A stretch of 64,000 nucleotides of DNA from Candidatus Iainarchaeum sp. (GTDB lineage: Archaea; Iainarchaeota; Iainarchaeia; Iainarchaeales; JAGVWC01): assembly GCA_018304465.1 (NCBI GenBank), contig JAGVWC010000012.1, positions 999 through 64,998 of the forward strand, read 5' to 3'. Positions 9,083 through 16,990 of the stretch are shown here, piece by piece; position 1 is the stretch's first letter, and each line of letters starts with the position of its first letter. Position numbers and translations under genes: made by a program. Below the pieces are notes generated by a model. It was not told the origin of the DNA, made no database searches, and worked only from the letters and a program-made list of their open reading frames with translations.

Positions 9083-10321
9083 ATGGCGACTGAATTTCGT
9101 TTTCCGGATGTGGGCGAAGGAATCACGGAAGGAAAACTCGTGAAATGGCTGGTGAAAGTCGGAGATACCGTGGCCAAGGACCAATCATTGTGCGAGGTTG
9201 AAACGGACAAAGCGATCGTGGAATTGCCTTCGCCGGAAAACGGGTCCGTGCTCAAGATTTTGGTCGAAGAAGGTCATTCGATTCAAGTGGGACAGGTTTT
9301 GATTGTAATCGGCCGCAGGGGCGAATCGGTGCCGCATCCAAAAGCGGAAACCAACGCGGTTTTGCCGGCGGAAAACAAAAAAGCCGCGCCCGTCGCTTTG
9401 GCGCCTTTTATTCAAACGAATCCGGCTGCGGTTCTTGCGATGCCGCATACGCGAAAACTCGCGCGGATTCTCGGAGTGGATATTTCAAAAGTGAAAGGAA
9501 GCGGACCCGGCGGAAAAGTCACGGATGCCGACGTCCAAAAATACAAGGAAAACGCGGTGCCGTCGGTTTCGTTTACCCCCAGCCGCCACGGAGGAGAAAC
9601 CCAGGAAGCCGAACATGGAACCGTCGAAGTACTTCCGTTGATTGGAATGCGCCGCGCGATTGCCGAAAAGCTTTCGGAGTCGCATCGGGAAATGGTTCAC
9701 GTGACGTTGATGGACGAAGTCGACGTGGAAGAATTGGTTTCATTGCGGGAAAAAGAAAAAACCCGTCTTGCCGCGCACAACGTCAAACTAACGTTTTTGC
9801 CGTTTATCATCAAAGCGTCGATCGTCGCGTTGACGAAGTATCCGATTTTCAATTCGGAGATCGATGTCGAAAAAAAAGAGATTCGAATCAAGCATTTTTT
9901 CAATGTCGGAATTGCGGTGGATACACCGGAAGGACTCGTCGTTCCGGTGGTTCGTGATTGCGACAAAAAATCCATCACTGAAATCGCGATCGAGATCGCG
10001 GATATGGCCAAGGAAGCGCGCGACCGGAAAATTTCGCTTGAACAGATCAAGGGAAGCAGTTTTTCGATTACGAATTACGGTTCGGTCGGAGCGCGTTTTG
10101 CGACTCCGATTATCAATCCGCCGAACACCGCGATTTTGGGCGTGGGGCGGATTTCCGATCGCGCGGTTGTTCGCGATGGAAAAGTCGTGGTTCGAAAAAT
10201 GCTTCCGTTAAGCTTTGGTTTTGACCATCGGATCGCCGACGGCGCGGTTGCCGCGGAATTTCTGTCGGAACTGATGCGTCATTTGTCCGATCCGAATACC
10301 TTGCTGTTGGATTTGATCTGA
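9083..10321 (+). CDS. Dihydrolipoamide acyltransferase (E2).
   Basis: Lipoyl domain with 'VETDKA', a peripheral-subunit-binding domain ('TRKLARILGVDISKVKGSGPGGKVT') and the catalytic 'DHRIADGA'. Confidence 0.9.
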   Translation: MATEFRFPDVGEGITEGKLVKWLVKVGDTVAKDQSLCEVETDKAIVELPSPENGSVLKILVEEGHSIQVGQVLIVIGRRGESVPHPKAETNAVLPAENKKAAPVALAPFIQTNPAAVLAMPHTRKLARILGVDISKVKGSGPGGKVTDADVQKYKENAVPSVSFTPSRHGGETQEAEHGTVEVLPLIGMRRAIAEKLSESHREMVHVTLMDEVDVEELVSLREKEKTRLAAHNVKLTFLPFIIKASIVALTKYPIFNSEIDVEKKEIRIKHFFNVGIAVDTPEGLVVPVVRDCDKKSITEIAIEIADMAKEARDRKISLEQIKGSSFSITNYGSVGARFATPIINPPNTAILGVGRISDRAVVRDGKVVVRKMLPLSFGFDHRIADGAVAAEFLSELMRHLSDPNTLLLDLI

Positions 10322-10331
10322 GGAATTTTGT

Positions 10332-11750
10332 ATGGTGATGGGTGAAAGCCTCGAGGAAACCGATTGTGTGGTGATCGGCGGCGGACCAGGCGGCTACGTG
10401 GCCGCGATCCGGCTTGGGCAACTGGGAAAACAAGTGATGCTCATTGATCGCGACGGTTTGGGGGGCGTGTGTCTTCACACCGGTTGTATTCCGTCCAAGG
10501 CCCTGATCAAAGCAGCGAACCAGTACTGGGAATGCAGAAAACCCAACGCCATGGGAATCAATGTCGGGTCGGTTTCGTTGGATTTGAAAAAGATGGCGGC
10601 ATGGAAAAACGATTCGATTTCCAGGCTTGAAAAAGGAATCGCGAACCTTTGCAAAAAATACAACGTGGAAGTCGTCAAGGGAACCGCTTTTTTCGAAGCC
10701 TCCGACCGGATCCTCGTTTCGCAAGAACACGGAACTCGACGGGTGTCGTTTCGAAACGCGATTATCGCGACGGGTTCGAAGGTATCGAATCTCCCCGGTT
10801 TGGAGCATGTCCAGGAATTTGTTTGGACCGCCGAAGACGCGCTGGAATTAACCGAGTTGCCCAAAGACCTCGTGATCGTGGGCGGCGGGTACATTGCCGC
10901 GGAAATGGTGAACGTGTACGCCAAATTCGGGTGCAATGTATCGATCGTCGAGCGAAGCGCGCATTTTCTCGAACACCTGGACCGCGACGCCGCCGAAGTG
11001 GTGTTGCGTGGAATCGAATCCATGGGAGTCCAGGTTTTTTTATCCACCGAAATTCAAAACGCAAAAAAATCCGGCAAAAAAGTATTGCTGGAATTGAAAT
11101 CGGACGAAAAATCGTTTTCGATTTCCGCGGACAAGGTTTTGGTTGCCATCGGTCGCGTGGCGAATTCAAAGCATTTGGGGTTAGAACACACGCAAGTCCA
11201 ATTGGATGAACGCGGATTTGTTCGCGTGAACAGCCAGTGCAAGTCCACGGACCCCAAGATTTTCGCGGTGGGGGATTGCACGGGCGGTCCCATGCTCGCG
11301 CATCGCGCGTTTCGAATGGGAAAAGTGGCCGCGGAAGCGGTCTGCGGCGAGTCGTCGGCGTTTGACAATACCGCGATGCCGTCGGTCGTGTTTGCGGATC
11401 CGGAAATCGCGGTGACGGGAATCAGCGAAGGACAGGCATTGGCTAAAGGCCTTGACGTGGTGATCGGAAAGTTTCCGTTTCACGCACTGGGCCGGGCGGT
11501 TTCGTCCGACGCAACGGATGGATTCGTTAAAGTCATCGCGGACCGGAAAACCAAAGTAATTTTGGGCGTGGTGATGGTCGGAGAACACGTGTCGGAGTTT
11601 TTGAGCGAAGCGACACTGGCGGTGGAAACCGCGTGCCAGTTGGAAGACGTCGCTTCGACGATTCATCCGCACCCCACGTTTTCGGAAAGCTTGGCCGAAG
11701 CGTGCGAGCAAGCGCTTGGAAAGGCGATTCACGTTCCGAACAAGAAATAA
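10332..11750 (+). CDS. lpdA: Dihydrolipoyl dehydrogenase (E3).
   Basis: FAD fold 'VVIGGGPGGYVAA', redox disulfide 'CLHTGCIPSK' and C-terminal 'HPHPTFSE'. Confidence 0.9.
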   Translation: MVMGESLEETDCVVIGGGPGGYVAAIRLGQLGKQVMLIDRDGLGGVCLHTGCIPSKALIKAANQYWECRKPNAMGINVGSVSLDLKKMAAWKNDSISRLEKGIANLCKKYNVEVVKGTAFFEASDRILVSQEHGTRRVSFRNAIIATGSKVSNLPGLEHVQEFVWTAEDALELTELPKDLVIVGGGYIAAEMVNVYAKFGCNVSIVERSAHFLEHLDRDAAEVVLRGIESMGVQVFLSTEIQNAKKSGKKVLLELKSDEKSFSISADKVLVAIGRVANSKHLGLEHTQVQLDERGFVRVNSQCKSTDPKIFAVGDCTGGPMLAHRAFRMGKVAAEAVCGESSAFDNTAMPSVVFADPEIAVTGISEGQALAKGLDVVIGKFPFHALGRAVSSDATDGFVKVIADRKTKVILGVVMVGEHVSEFLSEATLAVETACQLEDVASTIHPHPTFSESLAEACEQALGKAIHVPNKK

Positions 11751-11764
11751 AAAAAAGGGTTTGT

Positions 11765-12448
11765 ATGCCGTCGGTGCTTAATTTCAAAAAAACCGAGATT
11801 CCTGCGGTAATGGCTTTTTTGCGGCAGTACGACGAATTGTCCGCGGACAAGTACCAGAAGTACCGGACCAAAGTGGGCGCGTGTTCGGTGATCTTGTTCG
11901 ATTCGGGAAAACTTTTGATCCAAGGCGACAACGCGAACGCGGTTTCGAAACGGATTTTGGAAATGGTGAAGATCCCCGACGAACAAATCGTCGGAGTCGA
12001 CGAAACGGGACGGGGCGAGGATTTCGGACCGTTCGTGATTTGCGGAGTGCTGGGTTTGCGCTCAAAACTGCGCGAGGTGCGTGACAGCAAAAAAACCGCT
12101 AATATCGCTCAGAAAAAAGTGCTGGTGGAAAAAAACGCGGATCAGATCGCGTGCATTGAGTACTCGGCTAAAACCATTGACGAATTGCGGTCCGCGGGAA
12201 CGAACATGAACCAGATTCAGGCCAAAGCGGTTGATTTTTTGGTGGATTTTTTCCGAAGAAGCGGATTTTTGGGAAAAATCGTGATTGACGGAAACCCGAT
12301 CGCGGTCGAATCCAAAAATGTTTTTTTTATTCCGAAAGCGGATGATTCGGAACCCGCGGTGGCCGCGGCAAGCATTGTGGCCAAGTTTATCCGCGACGCG
12401 TCCAAAGACAACGACAAAAGAGCGTCATGGAAAAAAAAGTCAGCGTAA
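11765..12448 (+). CDS. Type 2 RNase H, RNase HIII-like, with an N-terminal DUF3378/TBP-like domain.
   Basis: The N-terminal 'VILFDSGKLLIQGDNA' resembles the RNase HIII N-domain 'SGKvlfQG'. Catalytic motifs are 'VGVDETGRGEDFGP', 'VRDSKK', 'VIDGNP' and 'VAAASIVAKFIRD'. The start was moved to the ATG at 11765 to avoid overlap with lpdA. Confidence 0.65.
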   Translation: MPSVLNFKKTEIPAVMAFLRQYDELSADKYQKYRTKVGACSVILFDSGKLLIQGDNANAVSKRILEMVKIPDEQIVGVDETGRGEDFGPFVICGVLGLRSKLREVRDSKKTANIAQKKVLVEKNADQIACIEYSAKTIDELRSAGTNMNQIQAKAVDFLVDFFRRSGFLGKIVIDGNPIAVESKNVFFIPKADDSEPAVAAASIVAKFIRDASKDNDKRASWKKKSA

Positions 12449-13198
12449 AGCGGTCCATTGAAAGGAACCGTATTTTTGGCCGGCAAGTTCGAGTGTTTTT
12501 TTTCGCTCGCTTAAAGACAACGGCGTGGTTTTGGAGGGTGCTCCGCAAAGCAACGCGTGTTCGATCGCGGCCATGATTTCGGATCGCGGCCGGTCGGTGT
12601 GGGAAACGAGGCGCGTCACGCGTTGATTGGCGCTTTGAATGAATTTGTCGGAAATTTTTTCTTTTCCGACGTTTAGGACCGAAAACATCGTGGCGATGTC
12701 GGGATCAAACAGGATGGTGCCGTGTTGGAGTAGCACTCCGTTTTTGCGGGTCTGTGCGTTACCCGAAATTTTTTTTCCGTCCACGAGGATGTCGTTGATG
12801 GGTTTGAATTCGGCGTTGACTCCGATGTTTTGTAATCCTTGCGCGAGGCGGCCGCAGATTTCGCGGTACGATTCGGTGATTCCTTTCGGAAAAAGGTTTT
12901 CGGGGGCGATCAAGGAATACGTGATTTCCCCGGCGGAATCGTGAAAAACCGCTCCGCCGCCAGTGGATCTTCGAACGATTTCGATTCCGCGCAAAACGCA
13001 TTCGCTTTGATTGACTTCCTGGACAAGCGACTGGAAATATCCGATGCTGACAGCGCTGGGTTGCCATTGATAAAACCGGATCGTGGGAGGCGATTCTTTT
13101 TTGGCGACGTGTTCTAGAACGGCTTCGTCCGTTGCCATATTAATCGCGGCGGAGTTGGTTTCAAACGGAAGTATTCGCCATGTTTCGTCAGTCGTCAT
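12440..13198 (-). CDS. lplA: Lipoate-protein ligase A, catalytic domain.
   Basis: Contains 'PPTIRFYQWQPSAVSIGYFQ', 'RRSTGGGAVFHD' and 'KKISGNAQ' (the lipoyl-AMP lysine). Confidence 0.9.
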   Translation of the reverse strand: MTTDETWRILPFETNSAAINMATDEAVLEHVAKKESPPTIRFYQWQPSAVSIGYFQSLVQEVNQSECVLRGIEIVRRSTGGGAVFHDSAGEITYSLIAPENLFPKGITESYREICGRLAQGLQNIGVNAEFKPINDILVDGKKISGNAQTRKNGVLLQHGTILFDPDIATMFSVLNVGKEKISDKFIQSANQRVTRLVSHTDRPRSEIMAAIEHALLCGAPSKTTPLSLSERKKTLELAGQKYGSFQWTALR

Positions 13199-13481
13199 GA
13201 TGGATCGCCTCCGCGATCACGCCGGACAAGTCCGCACTCGTGACTCCGACGAATTCGGCTTTGTTGGCTTTGAGCACCCGATCAATCCGCGTTTGAATTT
13301 CCGGTTTTGTAATCGTCACGGGCACGCCGGTCAGGATTTGTTCGATCGCTTCGATGACGGATTCGGGATGAAGAAAAAAATCGCCGTTGATCCGGATTTC
13401 GTCGATCGTTTCCGAAAAAACCACGGTTACTTTGATGAGTTTTCCCTGCGGGACCTTTTTTTCGACGAATCGGTTTCCCAT
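13188..13481 (-). CDS. lplB: Stand-alone lipoate-protein ligase C-terminal domain (LplB-like).
   Basis: 97 aa with 'KVPQGKLIKVTVVFSETIDEIRINGDFFLHPE', typical of the LplA C-terminal domain. It lies immediately upstream of lplA and overlaps it, as in the split Thermoplasma system. Confidence 0.7.
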   Translation of the reverse strand: MGNRFVEKKVPQGKLIKVTVVFSETIDEIRINGDFFLHPESVIEAIEQILTGVPVTITKPEIQTRIDRVLKANKAEFVGVTSADLSGVIAEAIHHDD

Positions 13482-13582
13482 GGTCCAAAAAAAGGCATAA
13501 ACTGTTTATAAAAAAGTTTGATTGCCGTCGGGAATATTTAAATAGTCAGGCTGGATATTATCTGTGTTTTTGGCGGTTTGAA

Positions 13583-16500
13583 ATGGATTTAAACGATATC
13601 TCGGAAGCGGCGAAAAAAAGGTGGAAAAACGCCTCTTTGGCGGTCATGAACGCGTATTATTCCGTCGAGGACCGCTATTACGAATTTCTGGATATGGTGG
13701 ACGAAAAAATCCCGGTGTATTCGGCGATCGACCCGGTCGACCGGTTAGTTCCGTCGCTGGTGTTGTTTTCGGTGATCGGAATTTTGTTGGTCGGCGGGGT
13801 TGGTGTCTGGATTTTCGGCGGTTTTGCGCCGCAACCGAAAAATCCGGGTACGAACGGACTTGCGCTTGAAGCGATTTCGAATTCGCTTGATTTGAATGAC
13901 ATCGATCCGTCCCGGGCGCCTCTGCGATCGAACCCGACGAGTAACCGGAACGGTTCGAACCGTGATCCGACTAATCCTTTGCCGGACGCGGCCAGCGTCA
14001 AGACGTTTTCGCTCGTTTTTAAAAACAAGGAAACAAACACCTTGATCACCAATCATACGGTTTCTTTTTCAGCGTCGTGTTCTCCGCAAGGAAATCTTTC
14101 TCCGGAAGAAACAACGGTAGGTTCGATCGCGGTTCGAATGCCTTCGACGTGCCAGACCGCGAATATTTCGGTCGGGTCCGAAGGATTTGAAACGTATTCG
14201 GAACGGTTGGCGTACAAGGACGCGGGGTTCGGTTCCAAAACCATTGAATTGTATCCGTTGGTCGCACCGCCCCAAACGGCTTTTTTCCTGACCGTCAAGG
14301 TGCAGAATCCGGATGGTTCGTCCGTTCAAAACGCGTTGGTGCGGATTCTCAAAAAAACCCAGAATTCAAACGAGTATCTTTCTTCGGTCGGCGAGGAAAC
14401 AACGAGAAGCGACGGAGTGGCTTCGTTTTCGCTTAACCGCGGCGGATACGTGGTGTCCGCGTTTGACTTGAACAACGGTCGGTTTGCATTCGGCGAGTTT
14501 TCGATCGAAGGCGCGGACAAATCGATTCAGATGACGCTGGATCAAAACGGGGAAGCCAAAGCGGTTTTTCTGAAAGTCGTCGAGTCCGGAACCACGGAGC
14601 CCGTCGGACTGGCCAGCGTAACGCTTTTTTTGGGTTCCAGACTTTTGTTTGAAGGCGCGACGAAAGCCAACGGGGAATTCTTGCAAGTGCTCGTTCCTCC
14701 AAGCAACCCCCAAAACGCGCGCGCCGTGATCCGCCGCAGCGGTTTTATCACCAAGGTCGCGGATGTTTCGTTCGTAAATTTCAGGAATCCAACCACGCAA
14801 ACCATCGGATTGACGCGGATGAACGCCAACAATTCCGCGAGGCTTCTCTCGCACGCTGCGGACGCCAAAGACGCTTCCCCGCTTCCGGAGACCCGCGTCA
14901 ATGTGTTCCATTCACAGTTTCATATTCCGTTGTTTGGAAACGGGTTGCTTTCGAACGCGGACGGAAACGTTTTGTTTGACGGTTTGCCCGCGGGAAAAGT
15001 GGACGTGACGTTTTCGCATGGCGGTTTTTTGGATTCGAACGTATTGAACGTTTCTCTTTTGGAAGGAAGAACCGCGTTTGTGCCGCACGCGTTGTCCGTG
15101 GGCAAAGGACGTTTTATTCTGGAAGTCCGGGAAGGCCAAAACCGCACTCTGGTGGACGGCGCCGTGGTCGAAGCGTTTGACGGATACACGGGTTCTTTGC
15201 TGTCAAGCCATGTCACCGAAACAGGAGTGGTGACGATGGATAATCTTCCGGTGAACCACAGCGTGTATTTCAAAATTTCTGCGAGCGGTTTTTTGACGCA
15301 GTTCACGGCGTTGTTTACGGTTCCGGACCAGTCGACTCCGCGTTTGCTTGTGATCTTGACTCCGGAAAACGCGATCGTGTCGAATCCGCAACTGGTCACG
15401 GGAATGATTTGGGAATCGGATCGGCAAACCGCGGCCAGGACCCTTGCGCCGGGAAAGACGTATTGGATTACGTTTCGCATTTTGATTCCCGCGCAAAAAC
15501 GCCTGCTTTCGACGAAGTTGTTCGTGCAGGACGATTCTTCCAATATCCAGATCGAAAACCTGGATTCGCCGTGGATTCCGATTGAAACCGTTTTTTCGGC
15601 GCCGCCAAACTCGAATCCTTACATACCGGGAACCCCCGTTGGCCCGAACGCGTTTTCGGACGAGGGAAAAGATTCGAAGCAATTGAATGTGTCGTGGGGG
15701 GATCTTGACGGGGGCGATTATGGTTTTTTGGTCAAAGTGACGTTTCCTCAAAACGCAGTCGGAACCCAGCGGTTAAAGTTCGGAATCAAAGGAATCGAAT
15801 CCGGTTCCAATGCGCCGGTTTCTTCGCAAAGCGAACAGACCTGGACGTTTGGACAGATTATCTGCACGACGAACTGCACGGGTCAAGACGCGATTTCGTG
15901 GACGGTATTCGTGGCCCCGAAAGGCGAAGCGCGTCCGAATTCGGGAATCGGAGCGGCGGATTTTTCCATTGAAAAAAACAAGGAGTATTCCCTTTGGTTT
16001 TCCGCGTTCAATAGCCGAAGCGCGTCGATTAGCGGCGCGAACATTCGTCTCGAAGGAGATCCCTTGTTTCGCCTTTCGGATCCGGGAAAAACCCTCGGAG
16101 ATGTCGTGGTGGCCAACCAGTTGATTCAAGCGGGAGAAACGTATTCGATTTCGGCGCCGATCTCGTTTTTGGCGACGGAGTCGAGCAATCACGCAAGACT
16201 CCGGCTCGTGATCAATGAATTGGATTCTTTTGTGGACGGAAAAAACCATGATTTTTTCTTTGATGTTTCAGGCGACCGGGAACTGGAAGCGGAGTTTTTA
16301 AGCGATCCGTTTTCGAAAACTCTGGTGGTCAAGGTCGTGGATTTTCGGACAAAACAGCCCGTGAAAGCCGCGTTGGTGAAATACAAAATAAACGCCGCGG
16401 TAGGACCGATCGCGTCTCCCGACCAGACCGCGACCACGGACGACGAGGGGTTCACCGTGTTTTCGAATTTTTTCTTAAGCCTAAGCGACGCCGCGGCGTT

Positions 16501-16990
16501 TGAAATCACGGCCGCGGATTACAAACCCGAATGGCTGGAGTACCTTGGAGTCGATTTCCATTCGATCCGTCAAAGCGCGGGTTTTTCGTGTCTGCAGCCC
16601 CGACTGTGGGATCCGTGGACCGGACAGGATGTATTGGTGAGCGAACCATTGCCGGCCTTGGTGCGAAACGGTTCTTCAACCGAGAAAACCGGCGAGATTT
16701 CCGTTGACGCCGCGACGTGCGGAGAAGCCATCGACGTTCGGATCGGCGTATTTAATTCACTGGCGGATTCGTCGCAAATCACGTTTTCGCCGTCTTCCAT
16801 GACGGTGTATCCCAAACAACTCGCACGGTTTTCGGTTTCGTTGTTGCCGACCGCGCCGTTGGGCGTGGTTCCGGTGGATATCCAAGTGAAACGCCCAAGC
16901 GAAAGCGTCTGGAGCCGGTTTCGAGTCGTTGAATTCTTGTCTTTGGGCCGCGATGCCCCGACGGACTCTTTTGGTGGGAGCGGCGGATGA
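13583..16990 (+). CDS. Giant envelope protein, module A (unit 1). Has an N-terminal conserved motif, a TM anchor and tandem beta-sandwich repeats.
   Basis: 1135 aa. Contains 'YYSVEDRYYEFLDMVDEKIPVYSAIDPVDRLVPS' followed by the TM 'LVLFSVIGILLVGGVGVWIFGG'. Has repeated ~85-aa carboxypeptidase-regulatory-like units. Paralogous to 19412, 25894 and 34521. Confidence 0.85.
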   Translation: MDLNDISEAAKKRWKNASLAVMNAYYSVEDRYYEFLDMVDEKIPVYSAIDPVDRLVPSLVLFSVIGILLVGGVGVWIFGGFAPQPKNPGTNGLALEAISNSLDLNDIDPSRAPLRSNPTSNRNGSNRDPTNPLPDAASVKTFSLVFKNKETNTLITNHTVSFSASCSPQGNLSPEETTVGSIAVRMPSTCQTANISVGSEGFETYSERLAYKDAGFGSKTIELYPLVAPPQTAFFLTVKVQNPDGSSVQNALVRILKKTQNSNEYLSSVGEETTRSDGVASFSLNRGGYVVSAFDLNNGRFAFGEFSIEGADKSIQMTLDQNGEAKAVFLKVVESGTTEPVGLASVTLFLGSRLLFEGATKANGEFLQVLVPPSNPQNARAVIRRSGFITKVADVSFVNFRNPTTQTIGLTRMNANNSARLLSHAADAKDASPLPETRVNVFHSQFHIPLFGNGLLSNADGNVLFDGLPAGKVDVTFSHGGFLDSNVLNVSLLEGRTAFVPHALSVGKGRFILEVREGQNRTLVDGAVVEAFDGYTGSLLSSHVTETGVVTMDNLPVNHSVYFKISASGFLTQFTALFTVPDQSTPRLLVILTPENAIVSNPQLVTGMIWESDRQTAARTLAPGKTYWITFRILIPAQKRLLSTKLFVQDDSSNIQIENLDSPWIPIETVFSAPPNSNPYIPGTPVGPNAFSDEGKDSKQLNVSWGDLDGGDYGFLVKVTFPQNAVGTQRLKFGIKGIESGSNAPVSSQSEQTWTFGQIICTTNCTGQDAISWTVFVAPKGEARPNSGIGAADFSIEKNKEYSLWFSAFNSRSASISGANIRLEGDPLFRLSDPGKTLGDVVVANQLIQAGETYSISAPISFLATESSNHARLRLVINELDSFVDGKNHDFFFDVSGDRELEAEFLSDPFSKTLVVKVVDFRTKQPVKAALVKYKINAAVGPIASPDQTATTDDEGFTVFSNFFLSLSDAAAFEITAADYKPEWLEYLGVDFHSIRQSAGFSCLQPRLWDPWTGQDVLVSEPLPALVRNGSSTEKTGEISVDAATCGEAIDVRIGVFNSLADSSQITFSPSSMTVYPKQLARFSVSLLPTAPLGVVPVDIQVKRPSESVWSRFRVVEFLSLGRDAPTDSFGGSGG

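Noticed and set aside
11633-11764. An N-terminal extension of the RNase H ORF that overlaps the lpdA 3' end. Analogous extensions occur at 22813-22887 (unit 2 B), 46232-46324 (SOD) and 42385-42450.
   Set aside because: The extensions overlap the preceding gene and carry no conserved sequence. Internal ATGs just after the upstream stops give products that start at the conserved N-termini.
16987-16990. Programmed frameshift or readthrough that would join A and B in the split units to mimic the fused units.
   Set aside because: The B ORFs begin with their own ATG, an SD-like site and a hydrophobic signal anchor. No slippery heptamer is evident at either junction. Ordinary translational coupling explains the arrangement.
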